Assembly: GCF_006345805.1 (NCBI RefSeq)
Contig: NC_043014.1
Location: forward strand, 18,724,001 to 18,788,000
Reading direction: 5' to 3'
Length of the DNA: 64,000 nt
DNA from: Octopus sinensis
Lineage: Eukaryota
Of this stretch, positions 1-12,858 are shown one piece after another (the stretch's first letter is position 1; each line of letters begins with the position of its first letter). A program made the position numbers and the translations under genes. The notes beneath the pieces were generated by a model. That model made no database searches. It saw only the letters and a list, made by a program, of their open reading frames with translations, and was not told the DNA's origin.

Positions 1-79
1 TGTGTGTTTGTGTGTGTCTATGTTTGTGTGTGTGTGTTTGTGTTTGTATTTGTGTGTGTGTGGTGTGTGTGTGCTCCTT

Positions 80-116
<37 letters not shown>
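1..116. repeat. (TG)n/(TA)n compound microsatellite
   Basis: Degenerate TG repeats followed by a pure TA run. Confidence 0.95.
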
Positions 117-120
<4 letters not shown>

Positions 121-1246
121 TAAGGAAGATAAGGAGGCGTTTAATTTATTAGTTGGGAAATATGATTGTAATCATGATATGTTACCTTATCCACAGACAC
201 AAACCTGCACGCACACACGCTCATCTGCATTTTCCTGACATTTCAGTTTATAATACTAATGGTAGCAATGATGTCCTATCAGTTTTATTTGTCCAGATTT
301 GTTGTAATCGATATGGCCATCGCCTGTTTACAGATGTGCTGATAATATATTTATATACATAGCACCTGCCTTCGTTTAGAGAAAGGAACAAAGGATATGA
401 AACACCTCTATCCAATATAGTATGGAATCTTAAAGTTGGAATGTGGAGAACCCCTGTATAAATTGGATCATTGTGCCTCAAATCAGCAAATATGGGGGCG
501 AGGCAACATATGCATTACAGAGAAATTAAAATACAGGACATCAAGTAAATATTTTGAATATTCCGGAAAAGGCTTTCTCCTTTTGCATGCAAAAACAACA
601 ATTTAAATTTTGAAACCTTATGCATGTCTCCTCCTTTATCTTGACACTGATCCAACCTGTATAAATATTCGGTTATTGATTATATGCTTAATATGCATGA
701 CAGACATTAAGTCCCAAGAACCCATTCCGGAATTCTAAACTGTACATGATTTGCAATATATACACACTGACATAATACAAACACACACCACACGCACACA
801 CTCCCTCTCTCTCTCTTACACACACACACACGCACGCGCACACAGACACATACAGAAAGTAATGGATGACAGAAAATATTTTGATGAACATTTATTTAAC
901 AGTCACAAATATGCTAATATCATGACAAATACATTCGTAACTCCAGAATACACAAACAATTGAAATTATCATATCTGATGCATTATTTTGATCGAAGATT
1001 TTTTTGCATTTTATATTAATGCACATATGTAAGTAATTTGTTCCTTATTAAACATAATAATATATATTATTTGCAAGTTCTTGAGTTACGAAATGACTTG
1101 TGATATTAGGATTTTTCTTATTGTTAAATAAAACTTCATCAAAATATTTCTCTGCCATTTATGACTTTGTACACTCCTTATCCTTTTCTCTTATACGTTA
1201 ATATAGATTCCGAGCTTTTTTTATGAGCATCACTGGATTACTTGTA

Positions 1247-1250
1247 TCCA

Positions 1251-1308
<58 letters not shown>

Positions 1309-1340
1309 GCTATCTACTTATCTATCAATCTATCTATCTG

Positions 1341-1399
<59 letters not shown>

Positions 1400-1413
1400 C
1401 TCTCTCTCTCTCA

Positions 1414-1498
<85 letters not shown>

Positions 1499-1500
1499 GA
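1247..1500. repeat. (CTAT)n-(CT)n-(TA)n-(AG)n compound microsatellite
   Basis: Directly visible tandem arrays. Confidence 0.95.
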
Positions 1501-1937
1501 GATTTATATATTTATATAGAACTAACTTTATGGACTAATTTTTTTTAATACCTGCAAAATTCCATAAATAATTATGTGCCCATGCTCAAACAACTACCGC
1601 ATACAGGTATTTTGAAAAATGAGCATGAATGAACATTCTCGCATAACGAAATTTATCTTTAGTGAATTCAAATTCTTGTAAAAATCTAGAGATAATGCAA
1701 GGGAAATAACATCCCTTATAAGTCACCCCCCCTAATCGTCCTATCGCTTTTCAAGTCCTGCATAGATTCGTCTAACTTCGATCGTTCTCGTCCTAAATGA
1801 AGACGATCATCAGCATTTTTAATCTCTGAAATCTCTCCACATGAAATAACTGTCAGCATTGTTACTTCAAAAATAAAGAATATTTATCAACCAAATGCAG
1901 TTTCCAGCATGCCCTCTTACACTTCCGTAATATCGTT

Positions 1938-1984
<47 letters not shown>

Positions 1985-2056
1985 TAACACATGCATTTAT
2001 ATGTATATATTATGTATTTATGTATACGTACATGCCAACATATATGTTATATATAT

Positions 2057-2095
<39 letters not shown>

Positions 2096-2096
<1 letters not shown>

Positions 2097-2403
2097 GAGG
2101 CACAATGGCCCAGTGGTTAGGAGAGCGGATTCGCGGTCGTAGGATCACGGTTTCGATTCCCAGACCGGCGTTGTGAGTGTTTATTGAGCGAGAACACCTA
2201 ATACTCCACGAGGCTCCGGCAGGAGGTGGTGGCGATCCCTGCTGTACTCTTTCGCCACAACTTTCTCTTACTCTTTCTTCTGTTGGCCTGCTCGCTTAGC
2301 CAGCGGGGTAGCATCATTTGAAGGCTAAAACAATACAAAGCGCATTGTGACCAGCGATGTGTAACAACAGCTGATAGCCTGGTCGGTCACGGGGATCACG
2401 GTG
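2096..2403 (+). mobile_element. tRNA-derived SINE, family OR-like (tail type 1)
   Basis: Head GGAGGCACAATGGCCCAGTGG (box A) and GTTTCGATTCC (box B); body shared with 51451 and 57785 copies; octopus OR1/OR2 naming is from memory. Confidence 0.85.
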
Positions 2404-2860
2404 ATATATATATATATATGCGTTTTTGTGTATGTATGCGTATCGACATGAACGAATGTCCTAAGTGCACCACTTCACTTTCACTTGCTCATTGACATCT
2501 CATTCTGTTGTAATCTCTTTGGATCCGTATCTGTCATCTTCTCATTAACTTATTGTGACATTCACTAAATGAATGTGGCACTCAATTTCATTTTCATAAT
2601 ATCATTAATTGTAAATGCACAGTTAAGAAATAAAATGTTTCTAACCACCATGTTTTTGGGTGTATATATATGTGAGAGGATACACATGCATACACACACG
2701 CACGCACGCAGACACACACACACACTCATATATATATACAATAGTAGGCATATAAATGTGAAACAAGATGGAGAATATTAAATATTAAAGCTGCAAATGA
2801 AATCACAGAAAATACCACAAAATATGGTATTCAGATTTTCACGTTACCCTTCATCGACCA

Positions 2861-3083
2861 GTTGTGATGCAGAACGGATCTATTCTGGATCACAACTGCC
2901 CGATTGTTAAAGCCGCAAAAACATCGCAATAAATATCACGAAAAAACTGCTATTCAGAGTTTCACTTTCCCGTTCGTAAGGCAATTGTCGTCCCGAACGG
3001 ATCCATTCTGGATCACAACTACCCGACGAACGTCAACGTGAAACGCTGAATAGCAGGGTTTTTTTGTGATATTTCTGGCGATG
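2861..3083. repeat. Nested direct and inverted repeat module
   Basis: 32-bp direct repeats at 2872-2903 and 2995-3026; ~45-bp inverted repeats at 2922-2965 and 3038-3083; hairpin at 2861-2896. Confidence 0.8.
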
Positions 3084-3129
3084 GCCTTGCAACTTTGATA
3101 ATAATGTATATATATGTATATATATATGT

Positions 3130-3215
<86 letters not shown>

Positions 3216-5639
3216 GTGATCCGGCCAGTAGTAGGGTTTAGGGATAAGCGTCGGTTCGTGCTTTGCCAAGTCACAGACCGGGAGATTGCTTTGTTTTGGT
3301 GTTGTATTGAATTTTACGTGCCAAAATCTCAGACCTGTATTCGCAGTATCCCGCTCAAACACCCCTGGATATCAAAGTGAAACGCTTTATTCATCGTCTT
3401 ACCACATGCAATAATCTCAAGCGGAATGATACTGAATCAATCGACAAAGGACCTTAACACGACATTCCTATAAAACAACTCGGGTGTGCACATTTTCCTG
3501 CGGCATCATTGATTCTCGTGATCGTGACGACTGTCATTACCTTTTGATTCCGTATACATACACCCACGCCTAGTCACCTCTCGTGATATACTTTACAATG
3601 TTGTCTTGAAAATGCATACGATTGAATGGGCTTTCTTTTGGTTCATCTGTCACTAGCCGACGCACAAACTCTGTAGCAACAGGATAAATTTGATACATTT
3701 TTCTTTTAGAATCATGTCAGAATACACATACTCTACTTCGAAATCTTCAAGGTTAGACAGCTGTCGACTTACGTCCATCGGAATACGTAGTTTCACAATT
3801 TGATTGATCGACGTTCATTGTTGTAGAAGTTCATTAATTTTAGAGTCCATTTCAGTAGATGTTCTCCCAGATTTGAAAGATTAGTGCCACTAGTGAAATA
3901 GAATGTGGCTCAAGTAATAATTTCTCATAGTTCTGTTAAGAATGCTTCTGCAATTTTTTTTTTATTTCAATTTAAAACAAAATTTCAAACAAATATGTGT
4001 TATACTTCTAAAACCCACATTGGTGAACTTGTGGCAAAATACTAAATGTACTTAAACTCCCTTCGTTTTGATTTGTGAAGATTGATATCCACTCATATGG
4101 TATAACATGGTTACGTTTAGACACGCAATCAAGCTCGATAAGAGACTGTATCACTGTACGCCATCTTGTTGGCGCGTTGTTTTAATAGTCCGGTTCGTTC
4201 TTGGACAAGCCTTTTCAACCATACATGCGCTATTGAGTAAAGCATAGCTCTATTTGACTCACTTGCTGACATTGCGAAGCCATTCCAAGTGGAAGCTGTA
4301 ATCGCATATATATGAACGGCATATTGACGTCATAGTCTTAGTTTAATAGTTTAGCATAATGACATGTTTAACGTAATGTTCACCTTCTGTAACAATGTCA
4401 CCATCAATCATACATTTATGTAAATGGTTTCTTTGAATTCTTGTTCCATTATAGAGTCCATTAGCTCTATTTAAATTTCACAATAGCATTACATCATAAC
4501 TTCTTTTCAAGTACAAAGTATGTGTGGAAGGCAATTCACCAAAGTTACAGCTGTTTAGAAACGGCATTGCATAATTCTACAGAATGTCTCCATCGCTTTA
4601 GGAATCAATGCTTTTGTAAGTGATTGTTTCTCTATCAGATATGCTGATAATTTCCTCATTTAGTATCTAGACATAAAAGTAACTAGATCCAGTAACTAGA
4701 TACGGAAATATGCCTCCGAGATGCAACTGAAACACAGAACTGCTTACGGCCGACATATTAGCAGAGTAACTTGAAAAATTACCTATTGACCTTCCTTCAG
4801 ACTTCTAACAAAATTTACAACGGGAAATATTAACACTAAAGTCTATTATCAATCGTCAATCTGCTGATATTGATTTCGCTTAAAACAGTTATTAATGAAC
4901 AACAACATTCTATGGTGTAGTTAAATTGGAGAGAAATGGAGAAGTGGACAACAATTTTATTGTAAGTGGCATATCAGAAAGAGATACAGAGGGGGAAAAC
5001 TGAAATGTTAATAAGGTTTTGGTTGTGTTTTTCTTTTGATATTATTGTAAGGTTGGATCTTATAAATATGTCAGGTTGCATTGGCATTTTCAGGAACGCC
5101 GAGGGAATATTTTGACAGATTAGTTTTAAGATATATAAGAGAAATAAAATGCTAAAACAGAAATGGTGAAAAATATAAATATAAGAAGGCTTGATAAATG
5201 CACAAATGCATTAATAAATCAAGAAAACTCAAGAATGGACTGGAGGGAATTTTCGAAACTCCAACGGCACACGTAACGCGCGTTGAAAATCTTAATAAGC
5301 GTAGCATGCTAAAAGTAGATACTTCAACTTTGTTAACTGTATAATATAATGTTTGGCATGTAACACCACATACAAAAAATCATTACGATATTTTTTGTGT
5401 CTAAAGGCAATTCTAAAAATCATCTATAAGAGCAAAATCTGCACTAGTCTCCAAAATATTCGGTCGCTATATACGGAAGCTGGGCAAAATGATGGAAACA
5501 CCTTATGAAATGGTATATATATTATTTAATGCGGCGTTTGTCATCAACTGCAGCTATAATATGACTCGTACACGTTCTAAATGGTAGTTAAGGGGGTTTT
5601 TGAACCATGTTTCAAGTCTAACCTACTTTCGCTCTTTCA

Positions 5640-6790
5640 GTAACGATGGTGGATGAAGGTGACTTCTCACTGCTCCAAAATGCACCATAAATGTTCGATT
5701 ATATTGAAATCTGGCGACGATGGGAGCCTATCCGAATGGCATAGTTCTTCACTTCTGTACTCTTCGTACAAATTTTGAATAACTAGCCGTATGAATCGGT
5801 GCATTATTGTCTCGGAAATTTGTACTGCCATTAGTAAAACACGTTAGTACCACAAGATGGAGAGAATCCACCGAAATACTCCGATAATTCTTGGTGTTAA
5901 CTCTACCATGTAGCATAATTAAAGGGCCAAGAGAATTCTGTGATATAGCTGCCAAATCATTATAGAGCACCCTCCACACTTCGCGGTAGAAACCAAACTG
6001 ACAAAGGCCGAAGGTGACATTGGGCTGCTGTCTCCACTTACTTGTACTTGCGGAGGCATTCACCCGGGGTGAGCTGAGCCGGCTTCGACCAATAAGTTCA
6101 CCACGATCCTTGCAAACGCTGACATCCGACGGTCGTCCAGCAAGCAAATAAATGCTTGTGCCTGGTGTTCAAAGGCTCAACTTGCAAGTGTGACAAATGC
6201 CTCACTTGCACAACAAGCGCATCGGATAGTGTGGACGCTGTAACCGTAGTCATCATTCGTTGTTGAGGGATTGTCTTGTTCGGAGTTTCAATAGGAATAC
6301 AAATTCAAATGTGGTTCCCGGTGACATTCATACACACTTTGAGAGTGTGATGCGTAGCAGCTCATCTTACCGACGTTTGTCGACCTTCGCTGTGGGTTCT
6401 CTAACCAAGTCACTGCCAATTATTCGGAGCTGGCAAAGTCTGGGTTTGAACCGGGTGATACACATGCTAGTTAAATATTAGTTTGGACCCTAACGTGGTA
6501 CTACTCAGGTTCAGATTAGATTTGAAAACAATTGTGGATAAGGGGTGGTTTCGAACTCCCCCAAATCCTGGAATTCCCGTACAAAGGCCCCACTACCGGA
6601 TGCGGTTTAAAGTCTTCCGACATAAACTCGCCTCGACGTGTAGAAAAGGGTGAGTGGGGATTCATCAGAGTAGATGACATTTTCCCATTTAGTCATTTAC
6701 TGCTTATCAATGTTAACGGGGAACTGAAGAGGTTTAGTAATTGCTGTTCTCTTGTGGTATTCATCTTTATGGAGCTCACGAGGTTGCCAA
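5640..6790 (-). mobile_element. Decayed Tc1-family transposase, split by an insertion
   Basis: Minus-strand motifs WENVIYSDES (6687-6658), GGCSIMIW/AISQNSLGPL (~5985-5925), DNNAPIH (5811-5791), SPDFNIIEHLW (5717-5685); frameshifts and stops. Confidence 0.85.
6010..6589 (+). mobile_element. Possible BEL/Pao gag-like fragment nested in the Tc1 relic
   Basis: CAWCSKA (~6157) and CGRCNRSHHSLLRD (~6230-6270) resemble BEL gag Cys/His knuckles; flanked by ACAAAGGCC at 6001-6009 and 6581-6589. Confidence 0.4.
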
Positions 6791-7014
6791 GCTGGTGATT
6801 TATCTCTGCTTTCACTTTTGTTCCGTCGTCGTTTTATGGCTTTTAGACATTATGTTCCACAATTCTGAGTGTTTTGTCAACTGTTAACAATTTTACTTGT
6901 CAAAACCTTGATTTGGGAATGACGGCATGATTTTAGAGACTGTGCGGCACCAATTTAGAGACTGAACATCTAATAACGATAAACAAATTTGCAGTTTTTA
7001 TGACTAAAGCTAGC

Positions 7015-7071
7015 TCCATCCATCCATCCATCCATCCATCCATCCATCCATCCATCCATCCATCCATCCAT

Positions 7072-7087
<16 letters not shown>
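7015..7087. repeat. (CATC)n-(CAGC)n microsatellite
   Basis: Visible tetranucleotide arrays. Confidence 0.95.
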
Positions 7088-7110
<23 letters not shown>

Positions 7111-7789
7111 TGCTCCAACAATTTGGAGGTTACGAATTTTAGCCTATACATATACATACGTGTGTGTCTGTACGTGTGTTTGTGTGTGCTTTTGTAAGTG
7201 AGACATGGAAAGCAATAGTGTAAACCATATATAATACATATATGATACATCTGAACACATACATACGAAATCGTACATTTCTTAATTTGTCATCTTGCCA
7301 ACAGTAAAAATAATTAAATACGAAGTGGTGTTTCTATTATTTTGTACAACCCTTGTAATTGGTCCTAACATATAAACAAGGTCAGTTATTTCAGTGAGAC
7401 GTGTTAGTTGATTAAATCAATCCCACTACTTGAAATTCTTTAACCATCCCAAAAGGATGAAACAAAATATTGACTTTGGCAGGTTCCAAGCTGAAATATA
7501 TGTCTGCCGCAAGGCAGTTTTACAGATTCTCTAATGATTCGGAAAATCTGGCGCCCTTGGTCAGTATATAACAATAGAGGCACTGTGCTGAGTTACTGTT
7601 TCATAAACTAGAGTTTTCGTTCACACTAAAACTAGGACCAGAAGTAACAATGTATTAAATTACAAGTGAATGGTTAAAAATAAGAAACGACGAACGTTAT
7701 GGCAGTTGAAGTGGTTATTTTCTTTGAAAATCTCTTCTAACTACACCACAGTTAATTTATCACATTCAGCGTATTTGCCACTTTTATCC

Positions 7790-8150
7790 AAGGCACTGCA
7801 TGTTATATAGCTCCAGCCTTCCGTTAGCATTACGTTATTTACGAATGAATTCAACGATTTCTTGGGAAAATATGCCGACGTAGATAACAATGTAATAATG
7901 GGGAATATCAGTACCCATTAGCTTTCAACTATTCTCTCTTATAGAAATAATCTTAATACCAATACATTAAATTATCTACACATGTTTCAAGTCATATTCT
8001 TGATTTTATTATTATTTGAGCAACAGACACTATTATTTCTGGTACTTTGGTTAATGATTTTACTATCAGTGATTAACTTTTAAGAAACTTAGCTTAATTT
8101 TCCAATATTGTGAACATAAAATAATTACCTTCCTGCTGAGGAAGTTATCA
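7790..8150 (+). mobile_element. Old LINE AP-endonuclease remnant (CR1/L2-like)
   Basis: Translation I*LQPSVSITLFTNEFNDFL...VIMGNISTH resembles IYRPP...IIMGDFNIH. Confidence 0.4.
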
Positions 8151-8599
8151 AACACTACCTAATTTTTCACTTCGGTGAAAAAATCATGGTTATACAGAAG
8201 CAAGTTATTAATCAGTGATTATTGGCATACTTATGTACTGCACTATATAACGTAACCAACACCAAAACTCTGAGATTACATGTCCATTGAACTTGAATCT
8301 GTTGCCACCCAGCGAAACCATAAAATTACAGAAGCTGAACGAATGAAGCTCAGAGAAAAGAAAATATGGCGGTGGCAGTCGTCTTTAGAACTAAATATAT
8401 ATACTATATCGATGCCGTATTCTTCAACATAGAATTCTATTATTCAACATAAGCGGAATTCAATAAATCAACCAGCAGTGGACATTGCTAATTCATTCGG
8501 AAACTATTCTAAGTTAGAATAAATTTCCTTCATAAGTCTTTACAACCAGTATAAAAGTTTGAGGTCGATTCTTTCCTGAGATCTTTCAACTCGAAATCC

Positions 8600-9268
8600 T
8601 TCTTGGTGGATTCCTCCTTTTCGCCTTCGGCCCAGTGCGTCCATGCTGCCAACAAAGCGCGCGGAATTCTGTTTTTGATTCGACGGTCATTCGGAATGCT
8701 CACAGCAGCCATATTCCTACCACTCTATGTCACGCTGGTGAGACCCATATTGGAGTATGGGATTCAAGCCTCTTCTCCTTATCTCCTCAAAGACATACAG
8801 CATCTCGAAAGAGTCCAGAGGCTGGCTACCCGCATGGTTCATGGTCTCAAAAATTTGTCCTACGAAGAAAGGCTGAGGACGCTTGACCTTTATTCTCTTG
8901 AAAAACGCCGCCGCCGTGGTGATCTCATTCTCGCCCACAACATCATAAGCGGGAAGTGTAACCTCTCGAAAGAGCTGTTCTTCACTCCTGCTCCGGAGCG
9001 TCGGCTGCGGGGTCATTCCGAAAAGCTCTACCTGCGACGATTTCATCTCAATCGAAGGAGAGGAGCTTTCTCCGTCCGGGTTGCGGATCCGTGGAACAAG
9101 CTGCCAGACGAGATGGTGAAGATGCCGACGACCGCTTTGTTCAAAGCCTCCCTGGACCTCAAGTGGCCTGAACTCTTTACATGAACACCACCCTGTACTT
9201 AACTCCATGTCCCCCTACATGGCCTTGCTATTTGCTTTTGAGCCAAATTAACTAACTAACTAACTAAC
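8600..9268 (+). mobile_element. 5'-truncated CR1-clade LINE with 3' UTR and (TAAC)n terminus
   Basis: Open 193-aa frame, short 3' UTR, terminal TAAC repeats at 9249-9268; GC-richer than flanks. Confidence 0.9.
8603..9184 (+). CDS. C-terminal part of CR1 ORF2 (post-RT region); not a host gene
   Basis: LYVTLVRPILEYG, LERVQRLATRM, YEERLRTLDLYSLEKRRRRGDLI, RGHSEKL, FSVRVADPWNKLP are typical CR1 motifs. Confidence 0.9.
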   Translation: MVDSSFSPSAQCVHAANKARGILFLIRRSFGMLTAAIFLPLYVTLVRPILEYGIQASSPYLLKDIQHLERVQRLATRMVHGLKNLSYEERLRTLDLYSLEKRRRRGDLILAHNIISGKCNLSKELFFTPAPERRLRGHSEKLYLRRFHLNRRRGAFSVRVADPWNKLPDEMVKMPTTALFKASLDLKWPELFT

Positions 9269-10084
9269 TTTACAGTACATCCTGTGCCAAAACTGATCAT
9301 TAGTTTGACCTGATCATTACAAATTTAGCGAATATATCGTTATCAAAGGCATTTTTATCGGATTTTCTAATATATGTATTAATTACATTTCAAAAAGCAA
9401 GGGATAAAACATATTGACAAAACATTAAAAAGCTTGTTGCAAAACATATCCCGAATTATTTGCAAAGAAACTCCCTTATGTCTCCTAATCAGTAATGTTA
9501 AGGGATTGGTCTCTCGGCAGCAACTATATATATTAAATCAAATAATGATCTTGATAAAAGCAACTTATTATAGCAAGGTATCAGACGTAATATTCCAAAA
9601 TTCAAGCTGTTCAGCGCAGTTAATCATGACATTCTTATATAACGTCTTGAGCCCCAATTTGTTTTGTCTTAGTTCGACGGTACTATTCTCCTTCTCGGAA
9701 GATGCCAGGAAGTACATGTTTATGTCCTGTGTTGATGCCCCATAGTAATATATTGCACTGCACCGCAGAAAGCAGTACTCGGCCACTGTTTTACTCATTA
9801 TTCATCGACACATTATCAAATTTCTTGTGCAAATTTGATATTCCTTTCTAGACCCATGACATGCATAATTATGTTGCTATACTGACAATTTCTTTCAATA
9901 TATTTTACAAGCTCATATCCAACGAAATGAATTTAAACATAATCAAAAGTAAAGAATTCTCCTACGTTTTGCACCATAATATTGCAAATATCCACAATAG
10001 GCATATTCGAATCTATCAAATACACACCTCTCATCAACAGTTTAACGGGCAATATTCCATAATTTTCTAATATCTGATGAACAG

Positions 10085-10490
10085 CGAACGCATCTGTTAG
10101 ACTCGTGAGAACATAGATCATTGTGTAGGGAATCTTGTTTTGGTCTGTTTGGTAGAACATCACCTGCAATAATTGTAGAGACCCAAATGTGACGGTCTCA
10201 GTTACCGGTTCTCCACTTGAAGACACTGTCAGCCATTCTTTCTGGTGCTGTTTTTCCCGTTGAATTTAGTTTTCTTCCTCTGCAAACCTCAGTCTTTCCT
10301 CTCCTCTTTCTAAAAGCTTGTCTACTGTTTCCCACCAGAAGCATTCTTCACTAATGTCATCCCACGTTTCAACGTTCATATAAAGAAAGGGTTGACATTG
10401 TGTTCTCCACTCGAATGCCAGTTGACTATACAGCAGGTCCTTGAACGTCCTGATCCTATCGGAAGTATTGATAAGAAACGCCTGTTTCAC
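10085..10490 (-). mobile_element. RTE-clade LINE 3' remnant
   Basis: DRIRTFKDLLYSQLA...VETWDDISEE...LERGEERLRFAEEE resembles the RTE C-terminus. Confidence 0.65.
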
Positions 10491-11171
10491 TTGCTTAGCA
10501 TATATAGGATCAGAAAAATTTCCAGGTGAAGATATTTTAAAGCATTTGATTCATCGTTTATTTTCGGTAATATGAATTATTTTAATGAAATTCTGGTTTG
10601 AATAAACTAAACAAAGTTGTAAAGAAAAACTTTAAATCATTCAAAATATCTGTGCATGTTTTTATAAATGGCTACGTAGATTCTTTGCGAGTAAATTTGA
10701 AAAATATGTTAGATTTTCCATGAAACGTTATTTCACTCGATTATTGCATGATTTAATAAGTTTAGTTCTGGCAGATACTCTAGTTTGATGACCTGAGGTC
10801 CTATTCAACGATCATTTTCTTTTGCCCATCAGCAACCCAGTGTAGCCTTTGCGTATACCGTATGACATAACTGGAATTATTTGCAGTTACAACTCTGGGA
10901 ATTTTTTCCTGTTATTAATTCAAAGCATTCCATATTTTCATATATATATATATATATATATTTCAAGTTAATTGACTGAACAAAATACATTTTCATACGC
11001 TAAGTCATGCTTTTCAATGTTCCTACACTTTTGTACGATTTAAGAACACTGTTAATAATGAATTAATAATATTGATTATGATGAGTGCAAATTGTACATT
11101 GTGGTAAAGAATACAGGATTTTGTAATTTTTTCTTTATGCTTACTGACAATAGGCCTTAGAGAGAAGGAAC

Positions 11172-11400
11172 ATTCCTAAGAATATACGCTGTTCCAAGTA
11201 GAAGAGATTGTTGGAAATTTCTCATGTCCATCTTGGTATCCAATTGTTTGAGGAGGTATGATTGAATTTTGAGGACTGAACTTAATGATTCGATGATAAT
11301 TAGTAACATTGTCACTTCTGCTGCGGGGCGTTTTCATATACTTGATATCTCTGATTTTAAATCTTTGTCTGTAACGTTTTCCTTTGAAGAAATTGTTTGA
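11172..11400 (-). mobile_element. R4/Dong-like (restriction-like endonuclease) LINE C-terminal remnant
   Basis: Minus frame KDLKSEISSI*K...LLIIIESLSSV...FQQSLLLGTAYILRNVPSL*, same pattern as 56688-56898. Confidence 0.65.
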
Positions 11401-11574
11401 TATATTATGAGGCATTCTCATTTTTATAATTTGTTGTTCTTTGGGTTATCAGAATCCTATAACATATGGGTTTATCAGGTTTCTTTAGAGAGTTTGCTGG
11501 TACATAACTACCATTTGTCTCAAATATTTTTTCCTTCACATATATTACAAATTGATAAGTGTAAATTATCCATT

Positions 11575-12780
11575 GAGAAAATTGGTCATGCGGATTGTCT
11601 ATCGAGACTGATTCCCAAAAATACGGAACCAAAAGAAGATAGTGATACCTGAAATAAAATGCATTATGACTAATGTTATCCAAGAACTACCAGATATAAG
11701 AATGAAATCTGTAGCGATGAGTATATTACAAAAATTAAATGTTTTAAAAAAATAAACAGAACAGAAATACAAATTCGAGTAGCTCCTGAATGTGCGACGA
11801 TATTCTGATGCATGCGCGAAGCGTTGTAGTATCGATTACATTACAAAAATGTGCTTTGCAGCAATTCCACAGCTGATAGCCGGGAATGTCAACGTCGAAA
11901 GCTCTGATGAGACGCTATATCAATTGACCGACCATCGAGGTCGAGCGCTCGCGGCCAAAGCCTCACCGGTAAAATATCAATCGTAGCCAGAGACTGAGAA
12001 CCCATGGTCTAGGTTATGATTGACTATGCCGGACCGGAGAACGGTGCTTAGTATCTAATCGTGGTTGACAGCTGTAAAAAGTAGCCAGAAGTATGCAGGT
12101 AAGACAACTTTAAACTTCCTATATGAACTGTATGTGCGATATGATGTTCCAGACACGTTAGTTTCTGATAATGGAACGCAATTCTCGGGGTATGAATTAA
12201 AGAAATTCTGTAAAATGCATGTGATAAAGTATATTTTCACTCCTCTCTACCACCCGAGACCAAATGGACATCTAGAAAGATTAGTGGACTTGTTCAAAAG
12301 AGCGTTAAGAAAAGCTTTGAACAAATTAAGTGACGACGAAATACTAACAAAATTTTTAAGGGTATATAGAGTAACGCCCAATCCAAGTACAAATTCAAGA
12401 AAATTACTCGCGGAGTTGATGTTCGCGAGAAGGATAAGATTTATGATAAGTTATTGCCAAAGTAAAAAAAAAAGGATGTAAAGGAAATACGAAATATGCA
12501 ACGAAATATTTCGAAGTATGAAAGTGCATTTTAAAACCTACAGAAATGGTAAAGACGGCTGGAATGATGGTCAAAAACAAAACAAAAAAAAAGGAAGTAT
12601 GATTAATCTAATTAAAGGATCACGCTGGGAACATAAGAGACACACAAATCAGCCAAAGAAGAGAGATACCGAAGAACGGAGAGAAATTCTAATGAATGTA
12701 TTTTTTGATGTAATCGATGTCCCGGCGCCGAAAGTAATGGAGTTCCGCAGAACTAGCATGAGAAAACCTTGAGATAAGGC
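11575..12780 (+). mobile_element. Gypsy LTR-retrotransposon pol remnant (RNase H end, integrase)
   Basis: GHADCLSRLIP; PWSRL-IDYAGP; YLIVVDS; PDTLVSDNGTQF; YHPRPNGHLERLV; many stops and frameshifts. Confidence 0.9.
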
Positions 12781-12858
12781 CCAAGTGAAAAAGATACTAA
12801 AAAATAATAATAAAGAAAAAAATGTTTACTCCTTCGGAACTCGAAATCGCAAAAGAGG

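Noticed and set aside
4559-4615. Possible 57-nt exon (AG|KRHCIILQNVSIALGINAF|GTAAGT)
   Set aside because: Good donor but weak acceptor, no recognisable homology and no partner exons; needs RNA-seq
10073-10105. CTGATGA followed by an ACAG/CTGT stem
   Set aside because: No GAAA or stem I; lies at the end of an RTE remnant
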